Of a DNA stretch of 64,000 nucleotides, positions 28,003 to 39,462 are shown piece after piece. The translations under genes were made by a program, and so were the position numbers. Numbering within the stretch: the first letter of the stretch is position 1; each line of letters opens with the position of its first letter. Under the pieces are notes generated by a model. It worked only from the letters and a program-made list of their open reading frames with translations, was not told where the DNA came from and made no database searches. The DNA comes from Candidatus Latescibacterota bacterium. GTDB taxonomy: Bacteria > Latescibacterota > UBA2968 > UBA8231. The DNA lies in assembly GCA_965261395.1 (NCBI GenBank), contig OZ253462.1, forward strand, positions 1,216,001 through 1,280,000. Direction: 5' to 3'.

Positions 28003-28665
28003 CTAAACCTTCTCTTCAGCTTCAGCAGGCAGGAAAAGGGCCGGGGGTACGACGACGCCGGCCGAGACGATCATCTTTAGGGCTTCTTCGACGCCGAGGT
28101 CGGTGGGACGCAATTGTTCGGGCGGCACGATGAGCATAAAGCCGGTGGTGGGATTGGGGGCCGTGGGCACGAAGATGCTGTGCGCCGGCGCTGCTGCGGC
28201 CTCGCGGGGGACGTTGCCGGCCAGAAAGCCCAAGGTCCACAGCCCGGTGCGCGGATATTCGACGAGTACGACTTTCTCGAAGCCAGCCTTGCCCGGGGAG
28301 GTGAGCGTTTCCATGAGCTGCTGCACGGGCGCGTAGATCGTGCGCACCAACGGCAGACCCTCTAGCGCTTCGCGTGCGTATTGCCACAGGCTGCGGCCAA
28401 CCACGTTGGCGGCGAATGCGCCGACGACCCACAGAATGATAAAGGTCAGCACAAAGCCCAAGCCGGGAATGTGGAACTCGGGATAGCCGAACGGCTTAGC
28501 CACTTGGCGAATCAACGGTGCGGAGAAGCCGTCGGCCCAGTTGAACAGCGTCTTGAGCACCCAGCCGGTAACCCACAGGGGCGCGATAATCGTCAGGCCG
28601 GCCATTATCGTGCGCCGAAGCCGCTGTAGCCGAGTGGGGCTTTTGCGCGGAGGCGTCTCACTCAT
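28003..28665 (-). CDS. DUF502 domain membrane protein
   Basis: LPLVRTIY, VVLVEYPR.G, FVPTAPNPTTGF, ALKMIVSAG. Confidence 0.9.
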   Translation of the reverse strand: MSETPPRKSPTRLQRLRRTIMAGLTIIAPLWVTGWVLKTLFNWADGFSAPLIRQVAKPFGYPEFHIPGLGFVLTFIILWVVGAFAANVVGRSLWQYAREALEGLPLVRTIYAPVQQLMETLTSPGKAGFEKVVLVEYPRTGLWTLGFLAGNVPREAAAAPAHSIFVPTAPNPTTGFMLIVPPEQLRPTDLGVEEALKMIVSAGVVVPPALFLPAEAEEKV

Positions 28666-28790
28666 AGCATAAATACCTCATATAAATTGACATTTTTTGA
28701 ATATCCAACTGAGTCAAATTACTGTCAATACAAGGGATGCGCCTGTGCGCAAGGCTTACGTTTTTTGCGCGGTAGCCTATTTTATCTTTT

Positions 28791-29459
28791 ATGACGGCCA
28801 TTCTACTCAGCGGCGGCATGGACTCGACCACCTTGCTCTGGTGGCTGAAAGCGCGACAACAAGGCCCCATCCACGCCATTAGCATTGACTACGGCCAGCG
28901 CCATCGCATCGAGTTGGAATGCGCCGCCCGCCTCGCCCGCCGCGCCGAGGTTGCGGCCCACGAGACGCTGGCGTTGGATTTGGCAGCCCTAGGGGGCAAC
29001 CCGCTGACCGATCCCACGTTGGATGTGCCCGCCGCTGAGTCCAAACGCCAACGCGACACCGTCGTCCCCTTCCGCAACATGCTCTTTGCAACGCTAGCGG
29101 CGGCGTATTGCGCAACAAAGGGCATTTCCGATCTGTATATGGCACCGGTCAAAGACGACTACGCGGCTTACCGAGACTGCCGTCGCCCCTTTTACGACAG
29201 CCTCGCACAGAGCCTGCGCTTGGGGGCTGCCGACGACGCGCCTTGGGCGATCCACACGCCCTTTGTCAAACTGTGGAAACGGGACATCGTTGCCATCGGG
29301 CTCAAACTCGGCGTTCCCTACGGGGAAACCCACACCTGCTATGAGGGCTTGCGGCCGGCCTGCGGCTTGTGCGACGCCTGCTGCGAGCGGCGCGCGGCTT
29401 TTGCGGCGAACCGAGCTTGTGACCCTTTGGCGTATGCCGCTGGTGAGAGGACGCTGTGA
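28791..29459 (+). CDS. queC: 7-cyano-7-deazaguanine synthase
   Basis: LLSGGMDS, DYGQRH..E, VPFRN, YRDCR, TCY..G...CGLCDAC..R. Confidence 0.93.
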   Translation: MTAILLSGGMDSTTLLWWLKARQQGPIHAISIDYGQRHRIELECAARLARRAEVAAHETLALDLAALGGNPLTDPTLDVPAAESKRQRDTVVPFRNMLFATLAAAYCATKGISDLYMAPVKDDYAAYRDCRRPFYDSLAQSLRLGAADDAPWAIHTPFVKLWKRDIVAIGLKLGVPYGETHTCYEGLRPACGLCDACCERRAAFAANRACDPLAYAAGERTL

Positions 29460-30106
29460 CTGCCCGCGAGACAACGCTGCAGATGCCAGCCGAAGAGCGC
29501 GCCGAGCGCCTGCCGGTATGGAACGACTCGGGATGTGTCCTACAGATCAACGAGATTTTCTACTCGATTGAGGGCGAGGGACTGCGCGTCGGCGAGCCTA
29601 CGATCTTTGTGCGCTTGGCGCGCTGCAATTTGCGCTGTCCGTTCTGCGACACGGAGTTTGACCGCTTCACGCCAATGGACATCGAGGACATTGCCGCCGA
29701 GGTGGCGCGCCACCCGGCCGAATGGGTGTGCTTGACCGGCGGCGAGCCGTTGGGCCAAAATCTCGTGGCGCTGGCTGGCCGGCTCAAAGAAGCGGGCTAC
29801 AAGCTCCACATTGAGACCAACGGCACGATCGCACCCGAACCGGTGCTATTCGAGCTGATTGACCATTGGACCGTGTCGCCGAAATGCTATCCGGTCGTCG
29901 CTGGTTTTGCGCGCATTACCGAGCTCAAATACGTCGTCGGCAGGGCTTTTCGCGAGGAGCGCGTCGAGGAGCATCGCGCCGACTTCGTCTATTTGCAGCC
30001 CGAATCCTCCGAGCCGCGCTACGTGCAGAAGGCCCTTGAGATCCTCAAGCGCCATCCGCGCTGGCGGCTCTCCACTCGCATCCACAAGACGCTCGGCCTG
30101 CCTTGA
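29456..30106 (+). CDS. queE: 7-carboxy-7-deazaguanine synthase (radical SAM)
   Basis: EIFYSIEGEG, FVRLARCNLRCPFCDT (CxxxCxxC), TGGEP, IETNGT, VSPK; coupled to queC. Confidence 0.92.
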   Translation: MTARETTLQMPAEERAERLPVWNDSGCVLQINEIFYSIEGEGLRVGEPTIFVRLARCNLRCPFCDTEFDRFTPMDIEDIAAEVARHPAEWVCLTGGEPLGQNLVALAGRLKEAGYKLHIETNGTIAPEPVLFELIDHWTVSPKCYPVVAGFARITELKYVVGRAFREERVEEHRADFVYLQPESSEPRYVQKALEILKRHPRWRLSTRIHKTLGLP

Positions 30107-30118
30107 GCAAACGCGATC

Positions 30119-30154
30119 CGCAGATGGACGCAGATGGACGCAGATGGACGCAGA
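30119..30154. repeat. Tandem 10-bp repeat (CGCAGATGGA)x3.6
   Basis: Directly visible after the queE stop; related to the arms of the element at 53283-53368. Confidence 0.85.
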
Positions 30155-30220
30155 ATAGTCTTCAGAGAATACATGGCGCGAGTTTTTCAAATCATTCACC
30201 ATTGCTAAAAAGGAGATCCC

Positions 30221-31084
30221 ATGCCCGACGTAGCTGAAATTTACAAGTTCGACGAGCTTACTTGGCCCGAAGTCAACCAAGCCGTAGCCATGGGCAAAAT
30301 TCCCATCATACCCACTGGCTCGGTTGAACAACACGGCCACCACCTCCCACTCAAGGTGGATCACCTCTGCGCCAATGCGGTGGCAACGGAAGCCGCGCGC
30401 CTAAAGCCCGAGCTCGCCCTCGTCCTGCCGCCCGTGAGCTACGGCTATGTCCACCACGTGATGGACTTTCCGGGTTCACTCAACATTCACTACGAGCACT
30501 TCATCCAATACGTGCTCGACATCACCAAGAGCTTGGCCTATCACGGCTTCAAGAAGATGATCCTCGTCAATGGCCACGGCTCCAACCACAACCTCGTGGA
30601 CATGGTCGCTCGGCGCACCATAGTCGAGACCGACGCGAGCTGCACGTTTTGCTCGTGGTGGCATTTGCTCCGGGTCCATCCCGGCTTTGACGAAAAGTGG
30701 CGCGAGAGCGTGTTCCCGGGCGGTTGTTCGCACGCGGGCGAGCTGGAGACTTCGATGCTGCTGTATCTCGCGCCGGAGAGCGTGCGCCAGGACAAGATCA
30801 AGAGCGAGATCGCCAAGACGAACAAGCTCGGCTCAAAGTTCTTGTACACCGACCTTTTTGGGCACGGGCCGATGGGCTTGATCGAGTGGACGAGTCAGTA
30901 TTCGGATAGCGGGGTGATGGGCGAGGCGGAGAAGGCCACGGCCGAAAAGGGCAAAATCGTCTTTGAGGAGGCGAGCCGGAACTTGGCCGAATTTGTCGAG
31001 GAATACCACGCGATGAAGATTGAGCCGCGCACTCGGAGACAGGACGAAGAGCCGACCTTTCCGCTGTCGTTTCCGACGGATTAG
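30221..31084 (+). CDS. Creatininase/creatinine amidohydrolase family protein
   Basis: GSVEQHGHHLP..D, HH.DFPGS, NGHGSN, HAGELETS; AAGGAG RBS. Confidence 0.93.
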   Translation: MPDVAEIYKFDELTWPEVNQAVAMGKIPIIPTGSVEQHGHHLPLKVDHLCANAVATEAARLKPELALVLPPVSYGYVHHVMDFPGSLNIHYEHFIQYVLDITKSLAYHGFKKMILVNGHGSNHNLVDMVARRTIVETDASCTFCSWWHLLRVHPGFDEKWRESVFPGGCSHAGELETSMLLYLAPESVRQDKIKSEIAKTNKLGSKFLYTDLFGHGPMGLIEWTSQYSDSGVMGEAEKATAEKGKIVFEEASRNLAEFVEEYHAMKIEPRTRRQDEEPTFPLSFPTD

Positions 31085-31156
31085 ACGGCGGAGGAAATAG
31101 CAGTGTAGCTACTGCTGATCTGTTACCTTCGATGTCGAGACATCCTAAGCCGCAGC

Positions 31157-31633
31157 CTATGCGCCGGGCCAACCCAAAGCGAGGGCCCTTCTATAAAAGA
31201 GAATACCCCCTATAAGAGCGCCTGCGATCACATAGTCTATAATCCGCTTGCCCCCTCCGTTACCTTGGTGGTCCATTCTCGGAGAAGACACTTCTGGCCG
31301 CACTGGGAGGTCCGGGACCATGGTTTGCCCGGCGTTACTGCTAGCACGGTCCTTACTCGGCACCGAGTTGGCATCCCCCGATGGCCTATGCTCTGTAACC
31401 GAGGAAACGCGCTTCCTAAGAGAGTCGCCGAGCAACGGGCCGGGCTGGTCGGCCGGGCTGGCAGCAGGCGTCTGTGTGAAAAGGCCAAGATCGCGGTCGA
31501 AAGAGGAATGGACTGGCGGTTTCAGATCGTGCAGCGGCAACACATAAGGTCTCAACGAAAGTCCGGCGTAGCGGGTCGTATCTGCCTCTGTCTCGCCGAT
31601 CAGGATTATAGCTAACAACGCCACTATGACCAT
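31157..31633 (-). CDS. Hypothetical protein with N- and C-terminal hydrophobic segments
   Basis: 158-aa ORF with a signal-like N-terminus and a C-terminal TM (YVIAGALIGGILFYRR). Confidence 0.5.
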   Translation of the reverse strand: MVIVALLAIILIGETEADTTRYAGLSLRPYVLPLHDLKPPVHSSFDRDLGLFTQTPAASPADQPGPLLGDSLRKRVSSVTEHRPSGDANSVPSKDRASSNAGQTMVPDLPVRPEVSSPRMDHQGNGGGKRIIDYVIAGALIGGILFYRRALALGWPGA

Positions 31634-31754
31634 TCTATACGTCTCATTTTTGAGCCCTTCATCGGTAGGAGCTTGTTGTGCCCCTGCGGGGCTGGCGTAG
31701 TTATAGCTCTGCTTGGGTCGCAGCCTGCCCGCTTTCTTCTCATAGCCCGCGCAC

Positions 31755-32369
31755 CTATTGCGCCTCTTTTGGTCCTTCGGTAGCAGTGAGAATTTCTTTC
31801 CGTAGCTCCCAAGCCCAGTGGGGAGCGTCCGGTTGGAGTGTGAAGCTCCCGCGCTCCTTGCTGCCTATCGCTCTCGGTTTCGCCCGGCTGTTGTCGAGTA
31901 CCAAGACGTCGTCTAGGGTGTTCCAAGTTCGTGCAAGGTTGCGCTGGCAAGCATACCAGCGCCGTTTGATTTCCTCTTCGGGTACGTGGTGACCAACCCG
32001 GCTCACCACCCGCTTGGCGACCCTTTCAACATTGATCCCTACATCGCGGGTGCCGATAAAGATCGCGGAGGTCCGGTACCCGAGCGTTTTCGCCTTACGG
32101 ACGATGGCGGGTCTCGACGCTCCCGAATAGGTACTCTCAAAGCCGAAGTCATCTCTACGATCTAAGTGGGTCTGGATTCGCTCGTCAACCAGCGCCCGGG
32201 CTGCACGCTGTAACTCCGGGTCGTTGTAGCTTCCGAGCCCTTGGGCGATGCTGTCCGCATCATAGAAGTATCGTGGCAACGTTTGGGCATAAAGGCGACA
32301 CCAAGTCGATTTCCCGACTCCATTCGCCCCGATCACAAGGGTCAGTTCAGCCATCGGCCCCGTTTGCAT
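31755..32369 (-). CDS. Zeta-toxin-like P-loop kinase/ATPase (COG4185-type)
   Basis: GANGVGKST Walker A, DADSIA, FGFESTYSG, RVAKRV...GHHVPEEEIKRR, DNS. Confidence 0.85.
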   Translation of the reverse strand: MQTGPMAELTLVIGANGVGKSTWCRLYAQTLPRYFYDADSIAQGLGSYNDPELQRAARALVDERIQTHLDRRDDFGFESTYSGASRPAIVRKAKTLGYRTSAIFIGTRDVGINVERVAKRVVSRVGHHVPEEEIKRRWYACQRNLARTWNTLDDVLVLDNSRAKPRAIGSKERGSFTLQPDAPHWAWELRKEILTATEGPKEAQ

Positions 32370-32568
32370 CCATCGGTTGGAACGGCTTTTTCTCGATTCG
32401 GCCGTCGGGCCATTCGGTTACTATAAATTGATCGTCATCGCTGAGATAGACGAACGCCTTGCCCTGTTCGAGCACCATGCGTCGGGTCGCTCCGGGGTCG
32501 GCCAAAGTCCGCTTTATCGCGGCGATTAACGGGTGTTCGCGGTTATTCATTGTCTTGATTACCTCCAT
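32347..32568 (-). CDS. Small protein overlapping the zeta-toxin-like gene (putative antitoxin)
   Basis: 67-73 aa with a GGAGGT RBS before MNNRE; IVTEWPDGRIE motif; overlaps the toxin-like ORF. Confidence 0.6.
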   Translation of the reverse strand: MEVIKTMNNREHPLIAAIKRTLADPGATRRMVLEQGKAFVYLSDDDQFIVTEWPDGRIEKKPFQPMDANGADG

Positions 32569-32641
32569 GCGAAGCCTTTTAAGACCCGCGTTGGGCCGTG
32601 TTGAGTTTTCTTTTTTACGCCTTCAGGGCCGTCGGCTCGCC

Positions 32642-33208
32642 TCAAGGTAGCGGTCGCAGCCGCCCCGCTTCCTCCTCGTAGCCCGCGCCGCACTCCGCAC
32701 AAACCAGATCACCGCTCAGCGTGATGCCGCAGCGGCAGGCCCAGCCCGTCTGCCGCCCCGGTACGCCGGTTATCAGCGCATAGGCCGGCACGTCGCGGGT
32801 TACGACCGCTCCGGCACCAACGAGGGCATAAGCGCCGATTTCGACGCCGCAGACGATGGTTGAGTTGGCCCCCAGCGAAGCTCCCTTGCGCACCCGCGTC
32901 TCTTGGAATTCGCGTCGGCGGTCGATAAAGGAGCGGGGGTTGACGACGTTGGTGAACACCATCGACGGGCCGCAGAAGACCCCGTCTTCGAGCGTAACTC
33001 CCTTGTAGATCGAGACGTTGTTCTGTATTTTGCAGCCGTCGCCGATCACCACTCCGCGGTCGATATAGACGTTTTGGCCGAGATTGCAGTTTTGGCCGAT
33101 CTGTGCGTCGGGCATCAGGTGGCAGAAATGCCATATATGGGTTCCCGCGCCAATGGCGACTGGCTCATCAACGCAAGTGCTGGGATGGACGAAGTATTCT
33201 TTTGTCAT
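32642..33208 (-). CDS. Hexapeptide-repeat N-acetyltransferase (WbpD-like)
   Basis: IWHFCH, CNLGQNV, KIQNNVSIY, FCGPSMVFTNV.NPRS, C-terminal CxC..C..C. Confidence 0.9.
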   Translation of the reverse strand: MTKEYFVHPSTCVDEPVAIGAGTHIWHFCHLMPDAQIGQNCNLGQNVYIDRGVVIGDGCKIQNNVSIYKGVTLEDGVFCGPSMVFTNVVNPRSFIDRRREFQETRVRKGASLGANSTIVCGVEIGAYALVGAGAVVTRDVPAYALITGVPGRQTGWACRCGITLSGDLVCAECGAGYEEEAGRLRPLP

Positions 33209-33295
33209 GACGACCGAATATAAATTGTCCTTGTCTATTTACCAATGCACGACCATCCGGTCGGCGCATAAACCCTTACTCATACGGAGGAAACC

Positions 33296-34255
33296 GTGAA
33301 ACTGGTCACGTACTCTGCCGCTGGCGAACAATCCGTCGGTGCCGTCGTAGCCGACGACTCTGTGGTCGTCGATCTCAAAGCTGCCGATCAAGTCTTAGCC
33401 CGCCGCGAAAAGCGCAAAGCACACCCCTTCTTCACCGATATGCTGGCCCTGCTCTCCGCTGGTGCCAAGGGCCTGCGCGCCGCCAAACAGGCCGCGGCGA
33501 GCGCCGAAGATAAAGAACCCAATGGCAAGACCATCCACGCCCTCAGCAAGGTCCGCCTCCGCGCTCCCATGCCCAACCCGCGCAAGGTCTTCTGCTTGGC
33601 CGGCAACTACCAGGACCACATCGAAGAGGGCGGCGGCAAAATGGCTGCCCAAGACAAGGAAACCCCGCGCGTCTTTATGAAGCCACCGACGACCACCGTT
33701 ATTGGCCCCGGTGACCGCATTCTCATTCCCCCGATTGCCAATAGCATCGATTGGGAAGGCGAACTGGCCGTAGTCATCGGCCGCAATACCAAGGGCGTCA
33801 AAGCCAAGGACGCGCTCAAACACGTGGCCGGTTACACCGTTATGAACGACGTATCCGAGCGCGAGTTGGTCATCAAGAAGCGCACTGACAGCCGCCCGCG
33901 CGACGAGTGGTTCGACTGGCTCAACGGCAAATGGCTCGACACCTTTGCCCCGCAGGGACCGTGGATCGTCACTTCGGACGAAATCAAGGACCCCCAAGTC
34001 CTCGACATCAGCACCTTCATCAACGGCGAGCGCAAGCAACACAACAACACCGGCCAAATGCTCTACCCGGTTAATAAGATCATCGAGTACATCTCGGCGA
34101 TTATCACCCTAGAACCGGGCGACCTGATCAGCACCGGCACCATATCGGGCGTCGGCGCGACCACTGGCACCTTTATGAAAAAGGGCGACAAGGTCGAAAT
34201 CGAGATCTCCGGGATCGGCGTGCTCAAAAACTCGGTCGCCGCCAGCAAGAAATAA
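33296..34255 (+). CDS. Fumarylacetoacetate hydrolase family protein
   Basis: GNY.DH, FMKP, DWEGELAVVIG, NDVSER, GKWLDTFAPQGP, LEPGDLISTGT. Confidence 0.93.
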   Translation: MKLVTYSAAGEQSVGAVVADDSVVVDLKAADQVLARREKRKAHPFFTDMLALLSAGAKGLRAAKQAAASAEDKEPNGKTIHALSKVRLRAPMPNPRKVFCLAGNYQDHIEEGGGKMAAQDKETPRVFMKPPTTTVIGPGDRILIPPIANSIDWEGELAVVIGRNTKGVKAKDALKHVAGYTVMNDVSERELVIKKRTDSRPRDEWFDWLNGKWLDTFAPQGPWIVTSDEIKDPQVLDISTFINGERKQHNNTGQMLYPVNKIIEYISAIITLEPGDLISTGTISGVGATTGTFMKKGDKVEIEISGIGVLKNSVAASKK

Positions 34256-34258
34256 CCC

Positions 34259-35479
34259 TTGGACTCAGCATCCGCGACCACGGGCCAGGAAGGTGGGCTG
34301 CTCAGCCGCGCCTTCTTGGCCCTTTGTCTTCTTTACTTTCTCGACAGCTTCCTCTCCGCCCCCTTCCAAGCGCTCTTTCCCGTCTATATCGAAGCCGACT
34401 TGGCGCAGCCCCCGTGGTTTACCGGCTATCTGCGCGGGCTGATGCTGCTCCTAGGCGGCATATTTGCCGTGGTCGCCGGTCGGCTCTGCGACCGCTTTGG
34501 CCGCAAGACGACCCTGATGATCGGCCTCGTCGGCAGCGCGCTCACCGGCTTGGTCTTTCGCACCGCAGATCCTTGGGGGCTGTCGTGCCTGCTCTTGGCG
34601 ATGGGCGCGGCCAGCGGCCCTTGGTCCACCGCCGGGCAGAGCATCCTCATCACCGCGGTCACCCCCGCTCGACTCGGTTTGGGCGGTGCCCTCTACTTTC
34701 TCAGTAATACGCTCGGCAGCTCGCTCGGCAGCCTCTGTACTGGCTTGGTCAAAACCACCTATTCCTTCGCCCAGATCGGTGCCACTATGAGCATCGGCGT
34801 GGTCGCGGTAATCGCCCTAGCTTTTGTGCTGTTGCCCGGTGACGCGCCCTCCCCCACCACTACTGCGCAGGCGGCGCGCCTCAATACGTGGACGGCCTAC
34901 CGCCCGCTTTTGGGCCGCGGTGATGTGCACCTGCTGCTCAGCCTACGCCTGACCATCACCACCTTCTGGGGCATGGCGACGCTGGCGCTGCCTCTGTTGA
35001 TCTACCGAGTCGGCGAAAGCGAGTCCCTGCCCGCGTACTTTGCCTCCCTCTCGCTGGTGGTGGCGGCCTGCTGCCAGCTCAGCGTCGGCTATCTCAACGA
35101 CCGCTTTGGCCGCACTGCACCGCTTATCGGCTCGGCCGTGGGCATCTTCCTCAGTGCCTTGGGACTTGCCCTCTGGCACGATACCCTCGTCGGCCTCTTT
35201 GCCTGCGGCACCGCCCTCACCGCTACTGCTTGGGCCGTCTCGACGCTGATTCCCCGACTTATTAACGACGTCGCCGCGGCCGATGAAAAAAACCGCCTCG
35301 TCGGCTTGGGCCACCTCGCTTGGAGCGGCTCGATGGTGGTCGGCAGTCTGCTCGGCGGCTACCTAATCGAGATAAATGCCGCCCTACCCTTCTACATCGG
35401 CACGGCCCTCAGTGCCCTCGGTGCGCTCGGCGCTTTTGGCCTCTGCCGCCGTCTGGACGGCGCAGGGGTTACGGCTTAG
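34259..35479 (+). CDS. MFS transporter
   Basis: About 12 hydrophobic segments; GRLCDRFGRK and GYLNDRFGR MFS motif A. Confidence 0.9.
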   Translation: MDSASATTGQEGGLLSRAFLALCLLYFLDSFLSAPFQALFPVYIEADLAQPPWFTGYLRGLMLLLGGIFAVVAGRLCDRFGRKTTLMIGLVGSALTGLVFRTADPWGLSCLLLAMGAASGPWSTAGQSILITAVTPARLGLGGALYFLSNTLGSSLGSLCTGLVKTTYSFAQIGATMSIGVVAVIALAFVLLPGDAPSPTTTAQAARLNTWTAYRPLLGRGDVHLLLSLRLTITTFWGMATLALPLLIYRVGESESLPAYFASLSLVVAACCQLSVGYLNDRFGRTAPLIGSAVGIFLSALGLALWHDTLVGLFACGTALTATAWAVSTLIPRLINDVAAADEKNRLVGLGHLAWSGSMVVGSLLGGYLIEINAALPFYIGTALSALGALGAFGLCRRLDGAGVTA

Positions 35480-35488
35480 ACTAGGCGA

Positions 35489-36643
35489 ATGCAAAAACTC
35501 CGCCTGTTCCTCATTACGCTCTCACACTTTTGCGTCGATAGCTACGCCACGATGTTGGCCCCGCTGTTGCCCCTGCTCAAGGCCAACTTGGGGCTGAGCT
35601 TGGCGCAGGTCGGGTTTTTGGGTTCCATCGTCTCTATATGCAATATCAGCCAGCCTCTCATGGGCTTGTGGGCCGACCGCATGGCCTGGCGCTGGCTGAT
35701 CGTCGGTGGCTTGGCCGTGACGACCATTTTCTCGCCGCTCATGGGGCTGGCATCCAATTACCTAACCCTCGTCGGCATCCTGATGCTGGGTGGGATTGGG
35801 GTCGCCGCTTTCCATCCCCAAGTCTTTTCGCTGGCCGGCGAACTCAGCGGTCCGCGCCGCTCCTTCGGCTTGGCGCTCTTTATTTTTGGCGGGACGCTGG
35901 GGCTGGGCCTAACGCCGCTGTGGGCCCCGGCGTACACCAACTCCTTTGGGCTTGCCGCCATGCCCTATCTCTCCATTCCTGGCCTGTTGTTCCTCCTGCT
36001 CATGTGCCGCGCGGTGCCGCTCGGCAACCCCAACTTCGCCCACGGCAGAAGCACGGCCCAATGGCGCAGTCTCGGCGACCAAGCTGGTCCCCTCGTGCTG
36101 ATCACCGCCATCGTCATTTTGCGTTCTGTAACGGGACTGGGCTTTGGCACGTTTTTGACGCTCATGGCGCAGGAGCGCGGTCTCGGTCTCGTCGCAGGCG
36201 GCATTCCCTTGGGAATCTACAATATTGCCGGCGTGGTCGGCGCGCTCGTTGTTGGCTACCTAGCCGACCGCGTCGATCCTAAACCGCTGGTCTGGGGATC
36301 GCTGCTGTGCTCGGTGCCGCCGCTCTATGCCTTTATCTATGTCGAGGGAATGCTGGCCAGCTACGTCCTGCTTTTTGTGGGCGGCGGTCTGTTGCTGTCT
36401 TCCAACTCGATTATGGTCGCCTTGGCCCAGGAGTTTTCGCCGGAAAATACCGGTTTGGTCTCCAGCCTGCCGCTGGGTTTTAGCTGGGGTTTAGCCAGCC
36501 TCGCGCTGCCGTTGATCGGCCATTTCGGCGACCAGATCGGCGTCGCTGAAACCTTGAAATACCTAGCCTTGTTGCCGATATTGCCCGCCGGCTTGGCCTT
36601 CTTCCTGCCAAGCCGGCCAATCGCAAAGGACGCCGCATTATGA
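35489..36643 (+). CDS. MFS transporter (Fsr/fosmidomycin-resistance-like)
   Basis: SHFCVDSY, QPLMGLWADR, GVAAFHP, GYLADR. Confidence 0.88.
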   Translation: MQKLRLFLITLSHFCVDSYATMLAPLLPLLKANLGLSLAQVGFLGSIVSICNISQPLMGLWADRMAWRWLIVGGLAVTTIFSPLMGLASNYLTLVGILMLGGIGVAAFHPQVFSLAGELSGPRRSFGLALFIFGGTLGLGLTPLWAPAYTNSFGLAAMPYLSIPGLLFLLLMCRAVPLGNPNFAHGRSTAQWRSLGDQAGPLVLITAIVILRSVTGLGFGTFLTLMAQERGLGLVAGGIPLGIYNIAGVVGALVVGYLADRVDPKPLVWGSLLCSVPPLYAFIYVEGMLASYVLLFVGGGLLLSSNSIMVALAQEFSPENTGLVSSLPLGFSWGLASLALPLIGHFGDQIGVAETLKYLALLPILPAGLAFFLPSRPIAKDAAL

Positions 36644-37422
36644 GCTTGCTCATTTTAGATCCCGAGCAGAAGCAGTTCTTCGACGACAACGGCTATCTGC
36701 TGCTCAAGGGCTTCTATGGCCCTGCGGAGATGGAGCAGATGCGCTGCGAGTTGCACCGCTTGGTGACCGAGATCGAAAATCGGCCCAAGAACGTCAAGTA
36801 CTCCTTCATGGACGCGCCGGGAGGCTACGCGCCCGACCCCTTCAACCCGCACAATATCGTCGGCATGATGGATCAGACGTTGGCTGGTGACTACTGGTTC
36901 GATCAGTTCACCGAGCCGCGCATTGTCTCGGTCATGGTCGATCTCTTAGGCCCCGACCTCGATTTCCACAACGGCAAGATCCGCAACAAACCCCCTGGCT
37001 TTGTCTGCAGCCAAAGCTGGCACCAAGACTGGCCGTACGAGCGCCACACCGAGCCAGATTTGGCTGCGGTCATTACGTACCTCGATCCGAGTGCATTTGA
37101 AGCCGGGGCCACCGAGGTCCTGCCCGGCAGCCACTTAAAGGGCGAGTACCCCACCCTAGAAAACAGCCACACCATCCCCGACGAGCACATCCCCGCGGCC
37201 GAATGCGTCGTCTTGGAAGCCGAGCCGGGCGACGTGGCGATCATCCACGTCCTCGTCGTCCACCGCGCTGGCCACAACTATACGCCGCGCACGCGCCACG
37301 CCATCATCAACGAGTACAAAACCGCGGCCACCATCGACCAATGGGGCAATTCCTGCGCCTTTGCCGGCTTGCCTCTGGCCCGCAACGGACAACTTCTGAT
37401 GCCGCGCGTTTATCAGGGATAA
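36640..37422 (+). CDS. PhyH-family Fe(II)/2OG dioxygenase
   Basis: FFDDNGYLLL, WHQDW, GATEVLPGSH, VHRAGHN...R. Confidence 0.9.
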   Translation: MSLLILDPEQKQFFDDNGYLLLKGFYGPAEMEQMRCELHRLVTEIENRPKNVKYSFMDAPGGYAPDPFNPHNIVGMMDQTLAGDYWFDQFTEPRIVSVMVDLLGPDLDFHNGKIRNKPPGFVCSQSWHQDWPYERHTEPDLAAVITYLDPSAFEAGATEVLPGSHLKGEYPTLENSHTIPDEHIPAAECVVLEAEPGDVAIIHVLVVHRAGHNYTPRTRHAIINEYKTAATIDQWGNSCAFAGLPLARNGQLLMPRVYQG

Positions 37423-37447
37423 ATGCGGCCTCAACGTGCGCCCCGCC

Positions 37448-39421
<1,974 letters not shown>

Positions 39422-39462
39422 TCACCGACGACCCCTTCAACCAAAACGGAAAAGAGAAAAAG

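Noticed and set aside
28666-30106. preQ1 riboswitch, or a 7-deazaguanine DNA-modification (dpd) system around queC-queE
   Set aside because: There is no preQ1 aptamer consensus upstream and no dpdA/tgt-like gene nearby. Ordinary queuosine biosynthesis is the simplest reading.
30119-30154. CRISPR array
   Set aside because: These are 10-bp tandem units without spacers, and no cas genes are in the window.
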